From: Bacteroidales bacterium | GTDB lineage: Bacteria; Bacteroidota; Bacteroidia; Bacteroidales; UBA4181 | DNA: 64,000 nucleotides | Reading direction: 5' to 3' | Assembly: GCA_031547085.1 (NCBI GenBank) | Contig: JAVBSH010000064.1 | Coordinates: 7,707-71,706 of the forward strand | In this document: positions 18,971 through 29,091 of the stretch, in pieces | How the letters are laid out: each line of letters opens with the position of its first letter | Numbering within the stretch: the stretch's first letter is position 1 | The notes under the pieces: model-generated | What the model was told of the DNA's origin: nothing | Seen by the model: only the letters and a program-made list of their open reading frames with translations | Databases searched by the model: none | Translations under genes and position numbers: made by a program

Positions 18971-21643
18971 TTATTCGTTACCGTATGAAATTTCTGTCGG
19001 TATTTGAATGGTGAAGCGAGCACCGCCGTTTTGCCTGTTTTCAGCAGACACACTACCTTTATGTGCCTCCACGAAGCCTTTTACAATGGACAATCCCAAC
19101 CCAAGCCCTTCGGTTTTATTTTCGCGATTGTCCTTAGCCTGATAGAACTTGTCGAACACATGCGGTAAAACATCCGGTGCAAATCCCGGGCCACGATCCA
19201 TTTCCTGCAACACCAGCCGGTTATTGTCGTAAAATGCCTTAACGCGGATGGTAGTCCCAGACGGGGCATACTGACTCGAATTATACACCAGATTGTACAA
19301 CACCTGCTCCATCAAACCAAAATCGAGCCTGACCAATGGCATCGGATCAGGAACAACCACATCTACCCGGAAAGAATGAAGTTCTTCGCTAAGGCTTTTC
19401 GTCACGCGATTGATCAGGTCGCGGATGTCACACCAGTTGAGGCGTAGGGCTAACCGTCCCGATTCAAGCCGCGACATATTCAGCAGATTTTCGATCAACC
19501 GGTTGAGTCGTTTGGATGCTTTGAATATTTCTTCGTAAAGCTCAGTCTTCACATGGTCAGGATACTGATCGGTCAGCAAAGTATCCGATGCACCCATGAT
19601 CGTAGCCACCGGTATTCGCAATTCATGTGAGATGGAATTGAACAACGTTTTATACAGCCTGTCCGACTCATTTAGCAAAGTTGTCTTGGTGGCAACTTGT
19701 CCCAGATATTGGTGTTCGATAGATAAAGACATCTGTGTCAGGAAAGTATCCCAGAAAATAGCCGTCTCCCCGGCAAATGCATTAACTTGTTTCACAGCTG
19801 CAACACCCGGTTTGGTGCGCGAACCTTTCAACGGGTAATAAGTATATTCGCCCGAGGGCAATGTATCGGTAAACCGCCCGGCATTACGCGCATGCTTGAA
19901 TACCCATTCGGCAACACCTTGTTCGGCATTAGAGAAAGCATGTCCCTTTGGAAGATATCTTTTGTTAGTCAAATGTCCATTACCATCCTGTAAAACAAAA
20001 AAGGCATCAACACCAAAATATTTCTTAATATCGGCAGTCCCTGCGGCAACTACTTCCTTTACATCCGTAGCATTGGCAAGCTGCTTGGTAAGGTGGAACA
20101 ACGCATTGGTACGTTCCTCACGGTTAACAGCTAATTTTTCCTGCTTCCTGACCCGTGAAGTAAGAATACCGTTAACAAGGGCGATAGAATAAAACATCAG
20201 GAAAGTAAGGATATTCGACGGAGTGTTGATATGAAAATTGAATTGTGGTGGGATAAACAAAAAATTCCAACATAAAGCTGCTAGTGTAGCAGCCAACAGG
20301 ATAGGACCAATACTGAAAAAAATGGACAAAATGGACAAAACTAAAAGCAGGATGAATGACACCGATTGGTAGCCGGTTTCCCCGATAAGGGGCAGACACA
20401 ATAAAGCTGTTATGGTGACTACCGAAGCCGCCAAAACATATTCACTGAATTTGGATGTAAATCCCGTAAAGGTAAGTTTGCCTTTACGCTTACCTGCGGG
20501 TCTATCTTCCGAACCAAGTACATACACATCAATATTACCGCTTTCATCGATCAGGCGATTAACAAAATTCTTTTTGGTGAACACAGGAGTAAGTAAATTG
20601 CCCCTCCATGGTTTCCCGACAAGGATGTGGGTTATGTTTTCTTTACGGGCAATATTCAGGCAGGCTTTCACCAGGTCGTTACCCGAAGTGGTAATCACTT
20701 CCCCGTCCAATTGCCTGACAAGGTTAATATTAGCGGCCAACTGCTTTTTCGCCTTATCGTCCATCGGTTGCACGGTTTCAACATGCAGAGCCACCCAGTC
20801 CGCACCCATCGAGACAGCCAGGTTCCTTGTCCACCGTATCAGTTGCGCCGAAGTTGGACTTGCACCGATAAGCACAAGCAAGTGCAGACCCGATTTCCAT
20901 GGCCCCGGGATGCGCTTTTGCTGCATATACTTCTTAAGCTGTTTGTCGACCCGGTTGGCCACAATACGAAGCGCCATTTCCCTCAGGGCAGTGATATTTC
21001 CTTTGCGGAAAAAGTTTTTGACAGCCTCTTTGGAACGTTCAGGGGTATAAACTTTACCTTCGGCCAGGCGGGTGAAAAGTTCGTCGGGAGTAATGTCCAC
21101 AAGTTCTACTTCGTCAGCATTCTCGAAAACCTCATCCGGAAGTGTTTCCCTGATAGTGATTCCTGTGATCTCGGCAATAGTGCCGGTACAACTTTCGAGG
21201 TGTTGTACATTGACTGTGGTATATACATTGATACCGTTATCGAGCAGCTCCAGTACATCCTGATAGCGTTTCAAATGACGGCACCCGGAGGCGTTGGTGT
21301 GCGCCAGCTCGTCCACCAGCACCAGGTACGGATGCATTTCGAGGATGGCATCCAAGTCCATTTCCTCGAGCGTCGTATTTTTATAAACAACCTTCTTACG
21401 GGGAATAATGGTTAGTCCATCGAGCAAGGCTTCAGTTTCGGAGCGATGGTGAGTTTCCACATAACCCACCACCACATGTACACCCTTGACAAGGTCGGTT
21501 TGTGCGGCTTGGAGCATGGAATAGGTTTTTCCTACACCGGGCGACATACCGAAAAATATTTTCAACTTGCCTTTCCGCTCCGTTTCTTCTTCCTGCCGGA
21601 TCGAAGCAAGCAATTCATCAGGATTCGGGCGATTATCTTCCAT
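18971..21643 (-). CDS. kdpD: Sensor histidine kinase KdpD
   Basis: RPNPDELL, GKLKIFFGMSPGVGKTY, LVDELAHTN, SISHELRIP, GLGLGLSI. Confidence 0.97.
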   Translation of the reverse strand: MEDNRPNPDELLASIRQEEETERKGKLKIFFGMSPGVGKTYSMLQAAQTDLVKGVHVVVGYVETHHRSETEALLDGLTIIPRKKVVYKNTTLEEMDLDAILEMHPYLVLVDELAHTNASGCRHLKRYQDVLELLDNGINVYTTVNVQHLESCTGTIAEITGITIRETLPDEVFENADEVELVDITPDELFTRLAEGKVYTPERSKEAVKNFFRKGNITALREMALRIVANRVDKQLKKYMQQKRIPGPWKSGLHLLVLIGASPTSAQLIRWTRNLAVSMGADWVALHVETVQPMDDKAKKQLAANINLVRQLDGEVITTSGNDLVKACLNIARKENITHILVGKPWRGNLLTPVFTKKNFVNRLIDESGNIDVYVLGSEDRPAGKRKGKLTFTGFTSKFSEYVLAASVVTITALLCLPLIGETGYQSVSFILLLVLSILSIFFSIGPILLAATLAALCWNFLFIPPQFNFHINTPSNILTFLMFYSIALVNGILTSRVRKQEKLAVNREERTNALFHLTKQLANATDVKEVVAAGTADIKKYFGVDAFFVLQDGNGHLTNKRYLPKGHAFSNAEQGVAEWVFKHARNAGRFTDTLPSGEYTYYPLKGSRTKPGVAAVKQVNAFAGETAIFWDTFLTQMSLSIEHQYLGQVATKTTLLNESDRLYKTLFNSISHELRIPVATIMGASDTLLTDQYPDHVKTELYEEIFKASKRLNRLIENLLNMSRLESGRLALRLNWCDIRDLINRVTKSLSEELHSFRVDVVVPDPMPLVRLDFGLMEQVLYNLVYNSSQYAPSGTTIRVKAFYDNNRLVLQEMDRGPGFAPDVLPHVFDKFYQAKDNRENKTEGLGLGLSIVKGFVEAHKGSVSAENRQNGGARFTIQIPTEISYGNE

Positions 21644-21646
21644 ATA

Positions 21647-22219
21647 TCATTTCATCTCATCTAACCGCAAATTTAGCAATAATACATTGATCCGCGACTC
21701 ACCGAACAAGTTAAATTGAGGTTTTTCCGTCATTTCTTCCACCAACGATTGTAATTTCCATTTCTGTTGATCGGAAAACTTTCGTGTTTTGGCAATCCTG
21801 TTGATTTGCAATGTGGCAGCTTCGGGCGAAATATGCGGATCCAATCCACTGGCAGAGGCAAATAACATCTCTGACGGGATTTTTCTACTGGGTGATATCC
21901 CGTTGCGGACAATAAACGCCTCTTTCCGTTCCTTCACTTGGTCATACAGTTTCCTACTGGTCAATCCTAAGTTGGATGCACCCGAAGGTAACGTACTGTA
22001 GCCGGTAGCCGACGGACGCGAACTAAAATAAGCAGCACTGTCGAACTGCTGGCCGACGAGCATGCTACCAATTATTTTTCCGTTTTTTTCGATGAGCGAA
22101 CCGTTGGCCTTATCGGGGAAACAAACCTGGGCAATGCCGGCAATGAACAACGGGTAAACGACGCCCAATAGAACCGTCATAACGACGAGTATTTTTAATG
22201 ATGTGGTGAATGTTTTCAT
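21647..22219 (-). CDS. kdpC: K+-transporting ATPase subunit C
   Basis: ANGSL, YFSSRPSA, SGASNLG, SASGLDPHISP, INVLLLN; likely start MKTF. Confidence 0.95.
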   Translation of the reverse strand: MKTFTTSLKILVVMTVLLGVVYPLFIAGIAQVCFPDKANGSLIEKNGKIIGSMLVGQQFDSAAYFSSRPSATGYSTLPSGASNLGLTSRKLYDQVKERKEAFIVRNGISPSRKIPSEMLFASASGLDPHISPEAATLQINRIAKTRKFSDQQKWKLQSLVEEMTEKPQFNLFGESRINVLLLNLRLDEMK

Positions 22220-22273
22220 GATGATATTTTTGTCCACGAATTCACACGAATTTTCACAAATTTGTAAATTGGA

Positions 22274-24343
22274 TCATATTATTTCTAAAATCAAATCTAT
22301 CAATTTAATACCAATGAACGGCGTTACTAATCCGCCTAACCCGTAAATGAACAGGTTCCGCATGAGCGACACCGTAGCCGGCTCTGTCCGGTATTTTACA
22401 CCTTTCAGCGCCAGCGGCACCAGCAGGATAATGATCAGGGCATTGAAGATCACAGCGCTCAATACAGCATTTTCAGGTGACGACAATTTCATGATGTTGA
22501 GCGCAGATAACGCACCCGTTCCCGAAGCGCCTGCATACAGGGTAACAGCAATGGCAGGAATGATGGCAAAATATTTGGCCACATCGTTGGCGATACTGAA
22601 CGTGGTGAGTGCGCCTCGCGTCATCAGCAGTTGCTTGCCCACTTCCACAACTTCTATCAGCTTGGTGGGGTTACTGTCCAAGTCGACCATATTCCCGGCT
22701 TCGCGGGCTGCCTGTGTCCCATTGTTCATGGCGATACCCACATCCGACTGCGCCAGAGCCGGCGCATCATTCGTACCGTCGCCAATCATGCCCACCAGGT
22801 GTCCTTTGGCCTGTTCCTCACGGATTCGTTGCAACTTATCTTCCGGCTTGGCTTCGGCCAGAAAGTCGTCTACACCGGCTTCAGCGGCAATGGCGGCAGC
22901 CGTAAGGGGATTGTCTCCAGTGATCATCACTGTGCGGATACCCATCTTACGGAGTTGTGCAAAGCGTTGTTTGATACCGCCTTTCACCACATCCTTCAAA
23001 TGAATGATGCCTAACACGCGGTTATCTTCAGCCACAATCAACGGCGTAGCTCCTTGTTGGGCAAGCTCTATAGCCTTTTCCTCGGTCTGTTTTGGAAAAA
23101 ATCCGTTGTTGCCCTGTACAAACGAACGTATGGCTTCCACCGAACCTTTCCGTATCCGCTGCTGCTTACCATCCACCTTTATGTCCACGCCACTCATACG
23201 TGTCTGCGCGGTGAAAGGTACAAACTCGGCATCCAACCCGGTCAGATCACGTCCGCGGATACCGTATTTCTCCTTCACCAAAATAACTACCGAACGACCT
23301 TCGGGTGTTTCATCGCTCAACGACGAGAGTTGAGCAGCATCGGCCAACATTTGCATGTCCACCTTTTCAGCAGGAATCAACTCACTGGCCATACGATTAC
23401 CAAAAGTGATGGTACCGGTCTTGTCGAGTAACAGAACATCCACATCACCCGCCGCTTCGATAGCACGTCCGCTGGTAGCGATCACATTGCGCCTCATCAA
23501 ACGGTCCATGCCGCTGATACCGATAGCGCTCAATAATCCGCCGATGGTGGTAGGAATAAGGCAAACCAGTAAGGCAATCAACACAGGTAATGTGAGATTT
23601 TCCGATCGCGGCAGGCCCGATGCATCAAGACTATAGCCAAAGAAGGCCGGCAAAGTGACCACAGCAAGCAGGAAGATAACGGAAAGCGCCACCAACAGGA
23701 TAGTAAGGGCAACCTCGTTGGGCGTCTTTTTCCGTTGGGCGCCTTCCACCAATTCAATCATCCGGTCGATGAAGGTATTACCGGCATCGGACGTGATTTG
23801 GATCACAATTCGGTCACTCAACACTTTCGTACCACCGGTCACCGCACTACGGTCGCCGCCGCTTTCGCGGATCACCGGCGCCGATTCGCCTGTGATAGCC
23901 GACTCGTCCACACTGGCAATACCTTCGGTAATCTCGCCGTCGGACGGGATGGTGTCGCCTGCTTCGCACACCACGATGTCGCCTTTTTTGAGCAATGAAG
24001 CAGCAACGAGTTCTTCCTTGTCGCCCATCAACTTCCGTGCTTTGGTTTGTGACCGATTGGCTCGCAGGCTTTCAGCCTGCGCCTTTCCGCGTCCTTCGGC
24101 AACAGCTTCGGAAAAATTGGCGAACAACACGGTAATCCACAGCCAAATGGATAATTGAAAATTGAAAGTTGAAAATTGAGAATGAAAGATCCCCCATATT
24201 GTAATAACGGTTGAAAGTAAAGCGCCAACCGCCACAACGAGAATAACCGGGTTTTTAACCAAGTCGGCAGGATGCAGTTTTACAAAAGACATTTTTAAAG
24301 CATCGGCAATTTGCCCACTATTGAAGAAAGACTTCTTATTCAT
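22274..24343 (-). CDS. kdpB: K+-transporting ATPase subunit B
   Basis: [37 protein letters not shown]. Confidence 0.98.
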   Translation of the reverse strand: MNKKSFFNSGQIADALKMSFVKLHPADLVKNPVILVVAVGALLSTVITIWGIFHSQFSTFNFQLSIWLWITVLFANFSEAVAEGRGKAQAESLRANRSQTKARKLMGDKEELVAASLLKKGDIVVCEAGDTIPSDGEITEGIASVDESAITGESAPVIRESGGDRSAVTGGTKVLSDRIVIQITSDAGNTFIDRMIELVEGAQRKKTPNEVALTILLVALSVIFLLAVVTLPAFFGYSLDASGLPRSENLTLPVLIALLVCLIPTTIGGLLSAIGISGMDRLMRRNVIATSGRAIEAAGDVDVLLLDKTGTITFGNRMASELIPAEKVDMQMLADAAQLSSLSDETPEGRSVVILVKEKYGIRGRDLTGLDAEFVPFTAQTRMSGVDIKVDGKQQRIRKGSVEAIRSFVQGNNGFFPKQTEEKAIELAQQGATPLIVAEDNRVLGIIHLKDVVKGGIKQRFAQLRKMGIRTVMITGDNPLTAAAIAAEAGVDDFLAEAKPEDKLQRIREEQAKGHLVGMIGDGTNDAPALAQSDVGIAMNNGTQAAREAGNMVDLDSNPTKLIEVVEVGKQLLMTRGALTTFSIANDVAKYFAIIPAIAVTLYAGASGTGALSALNIMKLSSPENAVLSAVIFNALIIILLVPLALKGVKYRTEPATVSLMRNLFIYGLGGLVTPFIGIKLIDLILEII

Positions 24344-24362
24344 TTTTGATTATAGATTGTGT

Positions 24363-24431
24363 CCCACTGATTTCGCTGATTTACGCAGATTGTTAACCAA
24401 TTCTTCTGCGATGATCTGCGTCATCTGCGGG
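24363..24431. repeat. Inverted array of ~9-10-mer cgcagat/atctgcg units between kdpA and kdpB
   Basis: cactgat-cgctgat-cgcagat ... tctgcg-atctgcg-atctgcg. Confidence 0.65.
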
Positions 24432-24437
24432 AAAATA

Positions 24438-26123
24438 CTAAAACGAAACTCCGCTTTGTAACAACAGATGTTCGACAATTGGCCCCAGCGAAAGCACCGG
24501 GAAAAAAGTCAATCCGCCTACAATCAGGATGATGATTACCAACAGGCCTACAAAAAGCCAGTTATCCGTCAGGAAAGTACCTAACGATGCAGGTGTGATC
24601 TTCTTTTGCGCCATATTCCCGGCAATAGCCAGTACGGGAATGATCACTCCAAACCGCCCGATGATCATACCAACAGCAATCAGCACATTATAAAAAACAG
24701 TATTGGCATTCAGTCCGGCAAATGCACTGCCATTGTTACCTGCCGCAGAAGCAAACGTATACAATATCTCGGAAAGTCCGTGTGGCCCGGCATTCCCAAG
24801 ACTCGACAATCCGGCAGGTAAGCTACAAGAAATGGCCGAGAACAACAGGATAACCACTGAGGGTGCTATCACGACCAGCATTGCCATTTTTATTTCAAAG
24901 GCTTCTATTTTCTTCCCGAGGAATTCAGGAGTCCGGCCAACCATCAGCCCTGCTATGAATACAGTGAGGATTACAAAGATGAGCATGCCGTACATCCCCG
25001 CTCCCACCCCACCGAAAATGACTTCGCCGAGCATCATATTGATTATGGCCACCATCCCCGACAAGGGCGACAAGCTATCGTGCATGGCATTGACCGAACC
25101 GCTTGATGCCGCCGTGGTTACTTCCGACCACAGTATACTCCCGGCGATGCCGTTGCGGGTTTCCTTTCCCTCCATATACGATAGCCCTTCCCAAAGTCTG
25201 GAAGATTGGTATTCCGAATGCAAAGAGACAGTTAACCCTATGGCAAAAAGAATTGCCATGGCAGAAAAAATTGCCCAGCCTTGCCGTTGCGACTTGACCA
25301 TCCGTCCGTAAGTAAATGTCAATGCAACCGGTATCAGCAAGATAGCCACTATTTCCAAAAAATTGGAGAAAGGAGTCGGGTTTTCCAACGGGTGAGCGCT
25401 GTTTGCATTAAAAAATCCACCGCCATTGGTTCCAAGTTGTTTGATTGCTATTTGCGATGCGGCAGGTCCTTGCGGGATGATTTGCGTAGCGCCCTCAAGA
25501 GTTGTAGCGTCGGTGTAGGAATGAAAATTCTGTACCACACCTTGTCCTACCAGCAGAACCGCCCAAACAATCGAAAGTGGCAAAAGGATATAAAGGGTGG
25601 AACGTGTGAGATCGACCCAGAAGTTACCAATTTCCTTGACTGTCCGCCCTGTAATGCCTCGTACCAATGCTGCAAAAACAGCAATTCCGGTTGCAGCACT
25701 CACAAAATTCTGCACTGAGAGTCCCACCATCTGGCTGAAATAGCTCAATCCGGTTTCGCCGGCATAGCCCTGCCAGTTGGTATTGGTCACGAAACTAACC
25801 GAGGTGTTGAATGCCGAATGCCAGCTCATATTCCCGACATCCTGCGGGTTGAGCGGAAGCCATTTCTGCACCAGCAAAATGATAAAAAGAACAACAAATC
25901 CCAACAGATTGAACATCAGCAATGCTGTACAATATTTTTTCCAATCCATCGATTGTGCCGGATGTATTGATACGAACCGGTAAATACCCTTTTCGAGCCA
26001 TCCAAACACCGGAAGCATGAAATGTCTTTTTCCGTCCAATACCTTATATATGTAGTCGCCCAGAAAAGGAGTTACTACAACAAGTAAAAGAATGAACGGC
26101 AATATGTTACGTACAATATCCAT
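24438..26123 (-). CDS. kdpA: K+-transporting ATPase subunit A
   Basis: SFVTNTNWQ, IKQLGTNGGGFF, GLMVGRTPEFLGKKI, NNGSAF. Confidence 0.98.
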   Translation of the reverse strand: MDIVRNILPFILLLVVVTPFLGDYIYKVLDGKRHFMLPVFGWLEKGIYRFVSIHPAQSMDWKKYCTALLMFNLLGFVVLFIILLVQKWLPLNPQDVGNMSWHSAFNTSVSFVTNTNWQGYAGETGLSYFSQMVGLSVQNFVSAATGIAVFAALVRGITGRTVKEIGNFWVDLTRSTLYILLPLSIVWAVLLVGQGVVQNFHSYTDATTLEGATQIIPQGPAASQIAIKQLGTNGGGFFNANSAHPLENPTPFSNFLEIVAILLIPVALTFTYGRMVKSQRQGWAIFSAMAILFAIGLTVSLHSEYQSSRLWEGLSYMEGKETRNGIAGSILWSEVTTAASSGSVNAMHDSLSPLSGMVAIINMMLGEVIFGGVGAGMYGMLIFVILTVFIAGLMVGRTPEFLGKKIEAFEIKMAMLVVIAPSVVILLFSAISCSLPAGLSSLGNAGPHGLSEILYTFASAAGNNGSAFAGLNANTVFYNVLIAVGMIIGRFGVIIPVLAIAGNMAQKKITPASLGTFLTDNWLFVGLLVIIILIVGGLTFFPVLSLGPIVEHLLLQSGVSF

Positions 26124-26150
26124 TATTTTCGTTTATTGATTAAATCAAGA

Positions 26151-26218
26151 CAAAAGTAGGCGGGGGTTTGTTTTGATTTTGTAAAGAAAACAGTAGCAGT
26201 ATAAAGATTTTATAAAGA
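26151..26218 (-). promoter_or_regulatory. kdp promoter: TAnnTTTG -7 box plus probable KdpE direct repeats
   Basis: Minus-strand TACTTTTG at 26151-26158; TCTTTATA twice with 11-bp period (26200-26218) and TCTTTACA at 26180-26187. Confidence 0.65.
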
Positions 26219-26305
26219 CTAAAGATCTCCATCCTTTAATAGAATGAAGCTTTTTAGGAAAATTAAAAAAATATCTTTTCCAGCATTTTACCAATTAATA
26301 ATAAA

Positions 26306-26336
26306 AACACCCGGATTATTCGTTAACCCGGGTGTT
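26306..26336 (-). terminator. Intrinsic terminator after arylsulfatase 1
   Basis: aacacccgg/ccgggtgtt stem, T-run on the minus strand. Confidence 0.7.
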
Positions 26337-26358
26337 CCATGATCATTTTAAAGAACCT

Positions 26359-27936
26359 TTATTTCCTTGCAGCGGCAGCATTACGTGCATCGGCGGCGGC
26401 TTTCATGTTTGCTGTCACCTTATCAATTGTAAAGCTGGCCGGACTTTGGCGCGGCGGAAAATCTTTATAGGTTTCGAGATATGCAGCGACCATATCTATT
26501 ACATCAAAAATCAGGAAATTCTTGTCGAGCATCCATTTTTCGTAATTGATGGAACCGTCATAAGCATATTCATAAGGATCCTGGCGCAAGTCGATCAGGA
26601 AGGGTGCTTTGAGCGTCGATAACGGAGTACGCCAAATGGCCATTCCCGTTGCTTCCTGCAGAGAGAAAGTCACTTTATACTGGCCTTTCCGGGCAGCGGC
26701 TAAGTTACCATCGTCATCAAACAGATAAAACTCGTTGCGCAAAGATTTAGCCACTTTACCTTCGAGGAACGGTAACTGATTGTAGCCATCTAGGTGCACC
26801 TTGAAAGTTTTATTACCAGCTTTCACACCTTTCTTAACACTTTCCACCAGGTTAGCATCACCGCCGGCAGCAGCCACCAAAGTAGGCAGCCAGTCTTCAG
26901 CTGAGAATATATCATTTACTGCCATACCCGGTTGAAAATGACCCGGCCAACGGACAACACAAGGCACACGTACAGCGCCTTCCCAGTTGGTATCCTTTTC
27001 GGAACGGAAGGGCGAAACACCACCATCGGGCCATTGGTTTTTCATGGCGCCGTTGTCGGTAGTATAAATCACAATGGTATTATCGGCGATACCTAACTCA
27101 TCGAGCAAAGCAAGCAATTCGCCTACCATACCGTCATGTTCCACCATACCATCAGCTTGCAGGCCGAGACCGGTTTTACCCTGCGAGGCCGGTTTCAAGT
27201 GGGTATTCACATGCATACGGGTGGCATTGAACCATGTAAAAAATGGTGTGCCAGCTTTGACATTGCGATTGATGAAATTCTTGGCAGCAGCCAGAAATTC
27301 TTCATCCACAGTTTCCATACGTTTCTTGGTCAACGGGCCGGTATCTTCCACCTTACCATCGGCTGTAGAGCGGAGCACGCCGCGCGGCCTGTGTTTGGCC
27401 AGGAAAGCAGGATCTTTCGGATATTCCGGTTGTTCGGGTTCTTCCTCAGCATTCAGATGGTAGAGATTTCCGAAAAACTCGTCGAAACCATGCTTTGTGG
27501 GCAAATACTTGTCCTGATCACCCAGGTGGTTCTTACCGAATTGCCCGGTAGCATACCCCAATGGTTTCAAGAATTCAGCGATGGTAGGGTCTTCAGCCTG
27601 CAAACCCACAGGCGCACCCGGCATACCGACTTTCGTCAAACCGGTACGGAACGGACATTGCCCGGTAATAAACGCGGCACGACCAGCCGTACAGCTTTGC
27701 TGCCCATAATAATCGGTAAACATAACACCGTCTTTAGCAATTTTATCGATGTTGGGTGTTTTGAATCCCATAATACCATGACTGTAAGCACTGATATTGT
27801 GGTACCCGATATCATCGCCGAAAATCACCAGGATATTCGGTTTTTTCTGGGCATAACTGTTGCCTGCAAAAGCAAAGACCATCAATACTATTGTTGTTAA
27901 AAACATCATTTTCATTGTTTTAACTTTCTTATTCAT
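26359..27936 (-). CDS. Arylsulfatase (Cys-type formylglycine sulfatase), exported
   Basis: KKPNILVIFGDDIG, SCTAGRAAFITG, GKNHLG, signal peptide. Confidence 0.93.
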   Translation of the reverse strand: MNKKVKTMKMMFLTTIVLMVFAFAGNSYAQKKPNILVIFGDDIGYHNISAYSHGIMGFKTPNIDKIAKDGVMFTDYYGQQSCTAGRAAFITGQCPFRTGLTKVGMPGAPVGLQAEDPTIAEFLKPLGYATGQFGKNHLGDQDKYLPTKHGFDEFFGNLYHLNAEEEPEQPEYPKDPAFLAKHRPRGVLRSTADGKVEDTGPLTKKRMETVDEEFLAAAKNFINRNVKAGTPFFTWFNATRMHVNTHLKPASQGKTGLGLQADGMVEHDGMVGELLALLDELGIADNTIVIYTTDNGAMKNQWPDGGVSPFRSEKDTNWEGAVRVPCVVRWPGHFQPGMAVNDIFSAEDWLPTLVAAAGGDANLVESVKKGVKAGNKTFKVHLDGYNQLPFLEGKVAKSLRNEFYLFDDDGNLAAARKGQYKVTFSLQEATGMAIWRTPLSTLKAPFLIDLRQDPYEYAYDGSINYEKWMLDKNFLIFDVIDMVAAYLETYKDFPPRQSPASFTIDKVTANMKAAADARNAAAARK

Positions 27937-28134
27937 ACTTTCTTCTTTTATATAGATGATTTATTTGAAAAAATTATTGATTTACATTGTATCTGACATA
28001 ATCTGTAACAAAGTTTTGTTTGGTTTGTTGAATAACAAGATAATTTTACGGAATATAACGGATCAATATTTGTTTACTGATATTATTTCATAGTTTTGTG
28101 CCCGATTTATCAACCAATTTATAATTTAATCAAC

Positions 28135-28485
28135 ATGAATCAGGAAATACCAAGATTTAAAAACGATCCGATTGTAGTATTGCTTCTAGGATTTATTACT
28201 TGTGGTTTGTATTTGATATACTGGAACATTAAAACAGCCCAGGTATTGAATGCCGTAGCCGAAAAGGAGGTTATCTCACAGCCTATTGCAATTTTTGCCG
28301 GGTGTTGCTTCCCGGTAAATGTATATTTTTATTACCTGGCCGGCAGGGATGCATTACCCCAAGTATATAAAAAAGTGGGTGAACCGGAAAAGGACAACTC
28401 TACCCTGCTTTTGATCCTGGGAATTTTTATCCCGATGGTTGCAGCAATGATCGTTCAAGGTGATATTAACAAACTCTATAACTAA
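28135..28485 (+). CDS. DUF4234-like membrane protein
   Basis: LLLGFITCGLYLIYW ... IVQGDIN; TAGTTTTG box at 28091 supports the ATG at 28135. Confidence 0.7.
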   Translation: MNQEIPRFKNDPIVVLLLGFITCGLYLIYWNIKTAQVLNAVAEKEVISQPIAIFAGCCFPVNVYFYYLAGRDALPQVYKKVGEPEKDNSTLLLILGIFIPMVAAMIVQGDINKLYN

Positions 28486-28921
28486 GCATCCAAAAGTAGT
28501 TGGTAAAATTATGGGAATAGCTGGGGCGATTATCATCCTGGCTTTCCCATATGTTATTATGCTGACAAATCCGCATGTGGAGATGTCGCAATCTTTCTGC
28601 CCTATGAAAATGTTAACCGGACTCCCGTGTCCCGGATGCGGTATCACCAAATCGCTTGTATTTGCTTATCAGGGTGACGTATACAAAAGTATTTCCTACC
28701 ATATTCTTGGTTTCCCGGCAATTATAGCCTGTATTATTGCGATAGTAGTGCTCAGTATGGAAATCATTACCGGGAAGGAATACTTCCATAGTATTCTCCA
28801 TAGCCGCAGGCTGGCTTATTTTTTAGCTTACCTGTTGGGTGGTTACCATCTCATCCGTACCATCATCTTTATCTATCATCACAGCCTGACGGATATCCTG
28901 CACGAATCCATCTGGATGTAA
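28460..28921 (+). CDS. DUF2752-like membrane protein
   Basis: CPMKMLTGLPCPGCGITKS motif with flanking TM helices; start uncertain. Confidence 0.75.
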   Translation: MILTNSITKHPKVVGKIMGIAGAIIILAFPYVIMLTNPHVEMSQSFCPMKMLTGLPCPGCGITKSLVFAYQGDVYKSISYHILGFPAIIACIIAIVVLSMEIITGKEYFHSILHSRRLAYFLAYLLGGYHLIRTIIFIYHHSLTDILHESIWM

Positions 28922-29037
28922 GGCCGGCAACTATTTTTTCTCCGCAAGTATTTTTTCGAGCATCGCTACTTTCTCCAGCTTCGTTTTCAGCATGCGTTCA
29001 TAAAGTTCTGCTACAGGGAATTTCCAATTCATGAAAA

Positions 29038-29063
29038 AAGCCGTCCCTGTGAAGAAACGGCTT
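29038..29063. terminator. Terminator between convergent genes
   Basis: aagccgt/acggctt stem with an upstream A-run (T-run on the minus strand). Confidence 0.55.
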
Positions 29064-29091
29064 AAAAAATGATCGAGGTTTAAAACGGATA

